Shown here piece by piece: positions 8,389 to 14,487 of a stretch of 53,093 nucleotides of DNA; position 1 is the stretch's first letter; every line of letters begins with the position of its first letter. The notes under the pieces are model-generated. The model did no database searches, was not told where the DNA came from, and saw only the letters and a list, made by a program, of their open reading frames with translations. The stretch is from the NCBI GenBank assembly GCA_964523875.1, contig CAZGAS010000001.1:1-53093 (forward strand), written 5' to 3'. A program made the translations under genes and the position numbers. Source of the stretch: an uncultured Planctomycetia bacterium. Lineage in GTDB: Bacteria > Omnitrophota > Gorgyraeia > JABMRG01.

Positions 8389-10320
8389 ATGCCAAAGATA
8401 AAGTTCCCAAAAAATTTCTTAAGAATATCAATAGCTATAATTATACCCATACTTGTTATACTTGCCTCATACTTCAGGGTTTTTGAAACCTTTGAGCTTG
8501 CCACCCTGGATCTACGTTTTAAGCTGCGCCCTCCCCAGAAGGTTACAGACAAGGTAGTCATTGTAGAGATAGCTGAAGACACTCTGGATAAGATAGGGCA
8601 GTGGCCAATAGACAGGCAATTTCACGCTGCTATGATCGATGTTTTGACTGCCTGCCACGCGGAATGCGTTATCTTTGATATATTATTCAGTACAAAGAGT
8701 ACACCAGGCTCAGATACTATCTTTATAGAGTCTGTTAAAAAGAGTAAAAAGGTATATCTGCCGGTAGCCCTGCGTCTTTCAGAAGAAAAGCAGGTAACCG
8801 TCTTTCCGAAGGCAACTGAGATAGAGTCAGAGCCGATGCCGGAGCTGTTAAATACAGCCCGCGGGGTAGGCCATATAAATGCTGTGACAGATATAGATGG
8901 TAAACGCAGAAGGGCTCCACTTTTTATAGATTATAAAAAGGATATTATCCCGCATATATCATTTCTTGCTTTGTGTGATTATTTAGGTGTGGCTATAAAT
9001 GATATAAGCGTGAAAAGGGGCAGGTATCTGCAGCTAAAACCTGGGCTCAGGGTGCCTATTGATTCTTATGGCCAGATGATGGTAAATTACGCGGGTTGCT
9101 GGGGCCAGGCATTTAAGCATTATTCGTTTATTGATATTCTTACATCTTACCGTGACCTTAACAATGGTAAGGCCCCTGTTGTGGATCTTGATGAGTTAAA
9201 AGGCAAGATATGCCTTGTGGGCCTTACTGCCGTAGCTACGCACGACCTAAACCCCATACCCCTGCAGCAGCGCTATCCAATGGTTGGCTTGCACGCGAAC
9301 CTGTTAAATACTATCCTTGTTAAAAGTTTTATCACAAGGGTTGACCCTGTTGTAAATTTATTGATACTCTTTTTGCTTTCCACGTTGATAGTATTAGCAG
9401 TGTACAAGTTAAAGCCTGTCTTCGAGATATTAGCGGCTTTTGGTATATTCTTCGGTTTTATCGCCGCTTCATTCGCGTTATTTGCTTTCCTGAATATCTG
9501 GATAGATCTTTTTTATCCCTTGCTTCTTGTCTCCGGCGTATATATATTCTGTACATTCCAGGAGTATATAACAGAGCAGAGTAAGCGCGCCCTGATGCAG
9601 CGAGACCTTGATATTGCCCAGAGGATACAGCAGAGTTTTCTTAAGCAGGTACCTCCTGAAAATGCCCGCCTCGACATAGCCGTTAAAATGGTAGCTGCGA
9701 AATCTGTTGGAGGTGACCTGTATGATTTTGTTGAGAATGAGGACAAGAGCTTTGGTTTGATGGTTGGTGATGTCTCAGGAAAAGGCGTACCAGCGGCATT
9801 ATTTATGGCGATGACAGTAAGTAATTTCAGGTTTCATTCAAAGACAGAATTTGACCCGCTCAAGGTAGTGACTGAGCTTAATGACCAGATGTCAACAGAA
9901 TCGACATCCGGTCTTTTTGTCACACTTACTTATATTGTAGTGGACAACGCGGTTACCCGGATTGCCATAGTAGACGCGGGCCATTTGCCAATAGTCTACG
10001 CGGCCAGGGACAAGGAGACAACACTTATAACAGCTACAGGTGGTATGGCGCTTGGCATAATGGAGGGCATCGAGTTTCATAAGAACCAGGTCGATATAAG
10101 CCCTGGAGATGTATTTGTATTATATTCTGATGGAGTGACAGAAGCGCGCAATATGAAGAAAGAGGAGTTTGGCGAGGATAAGCTTAAGGAAGTCGTTTCG
10201 AGATACAAGGACAAGTCCGCTAAAGAGATAACAGAGAGTGTCTATAATGAGCTTATGCAATTTCGTAAGAACGCGCCCCAGCATGATGATATTACTATCA
10301 TGGTCTTAAAAATAAAATAG
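8389..10320 (+). CDS. CHASE2 sensor domain - PP2C/SpoIIE family protein phosphatase (RsbU-like)
   Basis: N-terminal TM, a periplasmic CHASE2-like region and 3-4 TM helices. C-terminal SpoIIE/PP2C motifs: GGDLYDF, VGDVSGKGVPAA, DAGH, YSDGVTEA, DDITIMV. Confidence 0.8.
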   Translation: MPKIKFPKNFLRISIAIIIPILVILASYFRVFETFELATLDLRFKLRPPQKVTDKVVIVEIAEDTLDKIGQWPIDRQFHAAMIDVLTACHAECVIFDILFSTKSTPGSDTIFIESVKKSKKVYLPVALRLSEEKQVTVFPKATEIESEPMPELLNTARGVGHINAVTDIDGKRRRAPLFIDYKKDIIPHISFLALCDYLGVAINDISVKRGRYLQLKPGLRVPIDSYGQMMVNYAGCWGQAFKHYSFIDILTSYRDLNNGKAPVVDLDELKGKICLVGLTAVATHDLNPIPLQQRYPMVGLHANLLNTILVKSFITRVDPVVNLLILFLLSTLIVLAVYKLKPVFEILAAFGIFFGFIAASFALFAFLNIWIDLFYPLLLVSGVYIFCTFQEYITEQSKRALMQRDLDIAQRIQQSFLKQVPPENARLDIAVKMVAAKSVGGDLYDFVENEDKSFGLMVGDVSGKGVPAALFMAMTVSNFRFHSKTEFDPLKVVTELNDQMSTESTSGLFVTLTYIVVDNAVTRIAIVDAGHLPIVYAARDKETTLITATGGMALGIMEGIEFHKNQVDISPGDVFVLYSDGVTEARNMKKEEFGEDKLKEVVSRYKDKSAKEITESVYNELMQFRKNAPQHDDITIMVLKIK

Positions 10321-10370
10321 AGCGCTTGACGCGTACCGCCTTATTTTGAGTTTTCATATCATAAAATAGA

Positions 10371-10402
10371 TTGTCAACCTTAAGAAATTTTTAAGTTGAC
10401 AA
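10371..10402. promoter_or_regulatory. imperfect palindrome overlapping the receptor promoter -35 box
   Basis: TTGTCAACCTTAA-gaaattt-TTAAGTTGACAA. The arms are 12-13 nt with one unpaired base. Confidence 0.45.
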
Positions 10403-10424
10403 TACCTCTTTCCCGCATTAAAAT
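10396..10424 (+). promoter_or_regulatory. consensus sigma70-type promoter abutting the TonB-dependent receptor start codon
   Basis: TTGACA (10396-10401), a 17-nt spacer, then TAAAAT (10419-10424). The ATG at 10432 is 7 nt downstream and has no SD. Confidence 0.5.
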
Positions 10425-10431
10425 ATCCGTA

Positions 10432-12258
10432 ATGAGACCTTATCTTATTACCCTAAGATTGTTATCCGCCTTATTTTTTTCGTTCTACATTATTTTATTT
10501 TTTAACCCAGGTTATATTATCGCTCGTGAGATAGAACTTGAGCCTATTACTATCACTCTGGAGCCAGCTGCATCGGAGGCCGCTACACCTACTAAGGATA
10601 TACTTATCATCAGGCCTATGCAGGAGCAGGGCTTATCCATAGAAGAGATACTTGACCAGAAAGCGGCCCTTGATATCTCGCGCAGGGGAATACTTGGGAT
10701 ACAGTCAGATTTGAGCATAAGAGGTGCTACCGATGAGCAGACAACGGTGGCTATAAACGGTATTGCCTTAAATGATCCGCAGACAGCGCATCATAATCTT
10801 GACTTTGCTATGCCTAGAGCAGCGATTGAACAGATAGAAGTGGCCCCGGGCCCATCAGTAGATAACTGGGCAGAGGCAGCGGTGGGAGGCGCTATAAATG
10901 TTGTTACCAGAAGGCCTGCCGGTACGGGTTGTGAAGCCTCGTTTATGTATGGAACAGATTCAACGCAAAATGCCTCTGTATATTTGGCGCGAACCTTATC
11001 CAGCGGGGGCATTAATATTGCCGCGGAAGAGTCAACATCAGATGGATGGCGCTTTGATACAGATTTTAGAGAGTTTTCATTCTCATCTTCCGCTCTTGTA
11101 GAAGCGGGCGATAAGGTATCGAGTTATATTTTCGCTGGATATGCTGAAAAGGAGTTTGGCGCGGCCAACTTTTACAGTTTAAATAATTCTAAGGAATGGA
11201 TTGATACGCTATTCTTAAACTGGAATACAGATATCGAGATAAATCAGTTCAAGATAAGCCCTAAGCTATATCACAGAAGGCGCCATGATAAATATATACT
11301 CGAGATAGAAGACCCTGACTATTACCAGAACTACCATAAGACCATTATAGAAGGGTTCCAGACAGAGGTAGAGATAGATACTAATTCCATTGGGCGCATC
11401 CAGGTAGCTGTTGATTTCAATGCCCAGCGAATAAATAGCAACAGGCTTGGAAAGGATTCTCGCGGCAGAAATTCTTATTCCCTGGCGATTAAAAATTACA
11501 AGAACGTATTCTTTGGCTATGATGCCTCGATACGCATTGATGACTATTCAGAGTATAGTACAGAGCTGCTCCCACAGGCAGGGGTATTTTTAAGGCCTGT
11601 TCAGTATTTAAGATTTAAGGTCCTGATCGCGAGGTCAGCAAGGCCGCCAAACTATACAGAGCTCTTTTATGAGAGCCCTTCTAAGAAAGGCAATAAGGAT
11701 CTCTCACCGGAGAAGGCCCTTAATTATGAGGTTGGTATCGACCTGATGCCTAATGATGGCGAAGATATCAAGATACGATGTAGCGTATTCAGGCGCGATT
11801 CAAACAATCTTATCGACTGGGTTAAGATGCCATTGAATGCGGATTTTTACAAAGCAACAAATATTACACAAGTGAGAACAGAAGGGGTGGAGGCAGGAGT
11901 GGATGTAAAGGTCTGCAATTGGTTAGAGCTTAAGGGGGGTTATTCATACATTGATTCTGATATAGCCGAACACCAGGAGTATATCTCAAGGTATGCCTTG
12001 AACCAGCCTGATCATAAGGTCTCTTCGCAGGCAGATATACTATTGCCTTTTGGCAGGCAGAATGTGCGCCTATTGTATAAAAACAGGAAGGGGTATAGCA
12101 GTTACCTGATATTTGGCTCTACCTTTAATTACAGCCTTAATAAATACAGCAGCCTGTTTTTGGTGATAGATAATTGGTTTGACTCAACTTATTGGGACGT
12201 AAGGGGCAATATTCTTCCAGGTAGGCAGGTGATGGTTGGCACCCGTGTTAGGTTCTAA
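10432..12258 (+). CDS. TonB-dependent receptor
   Basis: Signal peptide, plug-domain motifs (DLSIRGA, INGIALNDP) and a long beta-barrel ending in aromatic ...GTRVRF. The ATG at 10432 is preferred over the TTG at 10396, which is the -35 box of a consensus promoter. Confidence 0.8.
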   Translation: MRPYLITLRLLSALFFSFYIILFFNPGYIIAREIELEPITITLEPAASEAATPTKDILIIRPMQEQGLSIEEILDQKAALDISRRGILGIQSDLSIRGATDEQTTVAINGIALNDPQTAHHNLDFAMPRAAIEQIEVAPGPSVDNWAEAAVGGAINVVTRRPAGTGCEASFMYGTDSTQNASVYLARTLSSGGINIAAEESTSDGWRFDTDFREFSFSSSALVEAGDKVSSYIFAGYAEKEFGAANFYSLNNSKEWIDTLFLNWNTDIEINQFKISPKLYHRRRHDKYILEIEDPDYYQNYHKTIIEGFQTEVEIDTNSIGRIQVAVDFNAQRINSNRLGKDSRGRNSYSLAIKNYKNVFFGYDASIRIDDYSEYSTELLPQAGVFLRPVQYLRFKVLIARSARPPNYTELFYESPSKKGNKDLSPEKALNYEVGIDLMPNDGEDIKIRCSVFRRDSNNLIDWVKMPLNADFYKATNITQVRTEGVEAGVDVKVCNWLELKGGYSYIDSDIAEHQEYISRYALNQPDHKVSSQADILLPFGRQNVRLLYKNRKGYSSYLIFGSTFNYSLNKYSSLFLVIDNWFDSTYWDVRGNILPGRQVMVGTRVRF

Positions 12259-12296
12259 CCCAAGAAACTGTTTCGGTATGATGATGAGAGGGGTGA

Positions 12297-12662
12297 TTAA
12301 AAATTTTCAAAGGCGCTTTCATGGGTATCAAAGGTATTAAAAAGGGAGGTAAACCCCGCAAGATCAAATACGTTTTTTGCCTTTCCTTTTAACCCCACAA
12401 GACGTAAATCGCCGCTATTCTTTCCCAGCCTTGTCTTTGCGTTTATTAACGCGCTAAGGCCCGCGCTGTCTAAGTAATCGACATGAGTCAGGTCTACTAT
12501 CACCTTAAAACTGTTGTTATTCATATGCACGTCAATAATCTTGGTAATCTCTTCCGCGGTATAGCTATCAATCTGGCCCTCAAGTTCCAGTAATGCTATA
12601 TCTTCTGTGCCTTTAAGTTCTATTTCAAGAGCTCCTATAAGTCCAACTACTTTCTTCTTCAT
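12297..12662 (-). CDS. STAS domain protein (anti-sigma factor antagonist type)
   Basis: 121 aa. VDYLDSAGLSALI holds the conserved phospho-serine position. One of the few minus-strand genes in the window. Confidence 0.8.
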   Translation of the reverse strand: MKKKVVGLIGALEIELKGTEDIALLELEGQIDSYTAEEITKIIDVHMNNNSFKVIVDLTHVDYLDSAGLSALINAKTRLGKNSGDLRLVGLKGKAKNVFDLAGFTSLFNTFDTHESAFENF

Positions 12663-12767
12663 GATTTATCTCTTATATGTAAAAGCTATGTGCTCTTATG
12701 AAAATTTTGGATTTCTTCCGCAATGATTTGCTCTGCTTCGCTCTTGCGTACTATTGTTCCGGTGGAG

Positions 12768-12835
12768 CTTCGCAGGAGCTTTTACGATTCCTTCGTAGCC
12801 GCACCGGGCTATAAGTATTCAACAGCGAAGAAGAA
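12768..12835 (-). repeat. copy B of the post-CCA trailer repeat family
   Basis: Minus-strand sequence TTCTTCTTCGCTGTTGAATACTTATAGCCCGGTGCGGCTACGAAGGAATCGTAAAAGCTCCTGCG aligns over about 68 nt with the sequence following tmRNA at 34278. Confidence 0.7.
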
Positions 12836-12873
12836 TGGTGCCGAGAGTGGGAGTTGGCGCCATTCGTCTCGGC
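12836..12873 (-). pseudogene. internally deleted tRNA-Leu(CAA)-derived remnant (acceptor/T-arm minihelix)
   Basis: Minus-strand GCCGAGA-CGAATGGCGCC-AACTCCCAC-TCTCGGC-ACCA. It keeps both acceptor strands, the T-loop 3' half and CCA of the intact tRNA 180 nt away. Its 3' 21 nt are identical to 13053-13073. Confidence 0.6.
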
Positions 12874-13052
12874 TCGCTTTTAAGGCTCGCCAGGAGACTG
12901 CGGGTCGGCCACTCGCTTTGCTGTCGTTTACTCAACTTCGTTCGTGCACTATTCCTCGCTATTCACCCTTCGACTTGATTGCTTCGCAAGCCTCGCTCAG
13001 GACTTCCGTTGGTCGCTCGCTCGCAAAGCTCTCTTCAATTCCCATGATGCGT

Positions 13053-13139
13053 TGGTGCCGAGAGTGGGAGTTGAACCCACACAATCTTGCGATTAACGGC
13101 TTTTGAGGCCGCCGCGTCTGCCAGTTCCGCCATCTCGGC
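13053..13139 (-). tRNA. tRNA-Leu (anticodon CAA), CCA encoded
   Basis: Hand fold: acceptor GCCGAGA/TCTCGGC, anticodon stem GCGGC/GCCGT with loop CTCAAAA, long variable arm AATC-GCAA-GATT, T arm GTGGG-TTCAACT-CCCAC. Confidence 0.9.
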
Positions 13140-13271
13140 TTGATGCTAAATAAGTAAATATTTATCTTTGTAACTAAGCACAATTATTATAGTTAGCATA
13201 TTTTAATAAAAAAGCACAAATATTACGCTATTTTGTATATATTTGTTGTAATACACTATAAATAAATAGCT

Positions 13272-13295
13272 TATGGCAAAAAAGCCATATTTTTT
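13272..13295 (+). terminator. orphan intrinsic-terminator-like hairpin
   Basis: TATGGC-AAAAAA-GCCATA followed by TTTTTT. There is no plus-strand gene upstream of it. Confidence 0.35.
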
Positions 13296-13391
13296 CAAAG
13301 AAAGGGTTCTTATTTCTTGACTTTTTAAGTCTTATATCTTAATATACTTATACATACTTAGATTTAATATCACGGTGAGCAGCCTTTTATT

Positions 13392-13466
13392 CGTTGTGCG
13401 TCGTGCGTATATCGTATTACGTTAAACTTACACGCAATACGCACCACGCAGTACAAAATACGAAAT
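13392..13466. repeat. inverted heptanucleotide arrays (CGTNNNN x5 / ACGNNNN x5)
   Basis: Left arm: CGTTGTG CGTCGTG CGTATAT CGTATTA CGTTAAA. Spacer: CTTAC. Right arm: ACGCAAT ACGCACC ACGCAGT ACAAAAT ACGAAAT. The right arm ends exactly at the CCA end of tRNA-Ala. Confidence 0.8.
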
Positions 13467-13542
13467 TGGTGGAGCTGAGGGGGCTTGAACCCCTGACCCC
13501 TTGCATGCCATGCAAGTACTCTTCCAACTGAGCTACAGCCCC
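13467..13542 (-). tRNA. tRNA-Ala (anticodon GGC), CCA encoded
   Basis: 76 nt. Acceptor GGGGCTG/CAGCTCC with the G3:U70 Ala identity pair. Anticodon loop ATGGCAT. T arm AGGGG-TTCAAGC-CCCCT. Confidence 0.9.
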
Positions 13543-13564
13543 AAAAGATTAAAAGTTTAACGGA

Positions 13565-13593
13565 ATTATAGCACCATAATTATATATTGTCAA
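13565..13593 (-). promoter_or_regulatory. sigma70-type promoter for tRNA-Ala
   Basis: The minus strand reads TTGACA, a 17-nt spacer, then TATAAT. It sits 22 nt upstream of the tRNA 5' end. Confidence 0.6.
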
Positions 13594-13622
13594 CTTACAA
13601 CTTAAGGTTTAGAGCATAGAAT
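13594..13622 (+). promoter_or_regulatory. candidate promoter for nfo (leaderless arrangement)
   Basis: CTTACA, a 17-nt spacer, then TAGAAT. The -10 box ends 6 nt before the nfo ATG and no SD is present. Confidence 0.4.
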
Positions 13623-13628
13623 GAAAAT

Positions 13629-14486
13629 ATGCGTATAGGAGTCCATGTATCCATAGCAGGCAGTGTCGATGAAGCAATAGACAGGGCCGCTGCATTAGGA
13701 TGCGAGACTATCCAAATATTTTCCAGAAACCCAAGAGCCTGGAAATCGAAACCACTTGAAGAGGCGCAGGTTAAGAGCTTTAAAAAGAAGCGCTTGCAAT
13801 ATAAAATATATCCGGTCTTGGTTCATATACCTTATCTTATAAACCTGGCAAGCCCCAAAGAGAGGCTCTGGAGAATATCCATAAACGCGTATATTGAAGA
13901 TATAAAAAGAACCGACCTGCTAGGCGCGGAATATTTTGTAACGCATTTAGGGGCACATACAGGTTCAGGTATAGAAGCGGGGTTAAAGAGGTTTTGCCAG
14001 GGGCTTAGTGCTGTTATTAAGAAAGCAAAACCAGAAACAATGATCCTGCTGGAGACATGCGCGGGAGCGGGTACATCCTTAGGTGGCAGGTTTGAGCATA
14101 TTAGATACATACTGGATAATGTAAAAAGTGAGAAAATAGGTGTTTGTTGGGATACGTGCCATTTATTCGCGGCAGGATATGATATCAAAACCTCAAAGGG
14201 ACTGGACAACACTATTAAGGAGTTTGAAAAAAAAGTAGGGTTAAGGTATCTGCGGGCTATTCATCTCAATGACGCGAAAAAACCCATTGGTTCAGGCCTT
14301 GACAGGCATGAGCATATAGGTAAGGGGATGATAGGCAAAGATGGTATGAGAAGGATCTTAAGCCACCCTAAACTTAAGGACCTTCCATTTATCATGGAAA
14401 CCCCAAAAGAGAGTGAAGGGGATGACTTGAAAAACATAAAGACGGCTAGGAGGCTTGCCTCTTTAGCCACAGGAAAGCACAGGTAG
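13629..14486 (+). CDS. nfo: deoxyribonuclease IV (endonuclease IV, AP endonuclease family 2)
   Basis: 285 aa with Nfo-family motifs: VHIPYLINLAS, FVTHLGAH, CWDTCHLFAAGYD, HLNDAK, DRHEHIGKG. Confidence 0.9.
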   Translation: MRIGVHVSIAGSVDEAIDRAAALGCETIQIFSRNPRAWKSKPLEEAQVKSFKKKRLQYKIYPVLVHIPYLINLASPKERLWRISINAYIEDIKRTDLLGAEYFVTHLGAHTGSGIEAGLKRFCQGLSAVIKKAKPETMILLETCAGAGTSLGGRFEHIRYILDNVKSEKIGVCWDTCHLFAAGYDIKTSKGLDNTIKEFEKKVGLRYLRAIHLNDAKKPIGSGLDRHEHIGKGMIGKDGMRRILSHPKLKDLPFIMETPKESEGDDLKNIKTARRLASLATGKHR

Positions 14487-14487
14487 A

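Noticed and set aside
12723-13106. 127-aa plus-strand ORF (and the 74-aa minus ORF at 12959-13183) across the tRNA-Leu region.
   Set aside because: It runs through the trailer repeat, the tRNA remnant, the GC-rich spacer and antisense into the intact tRNA. It has no RBS and the composition is repeat-derived. It is a spurious ORF.
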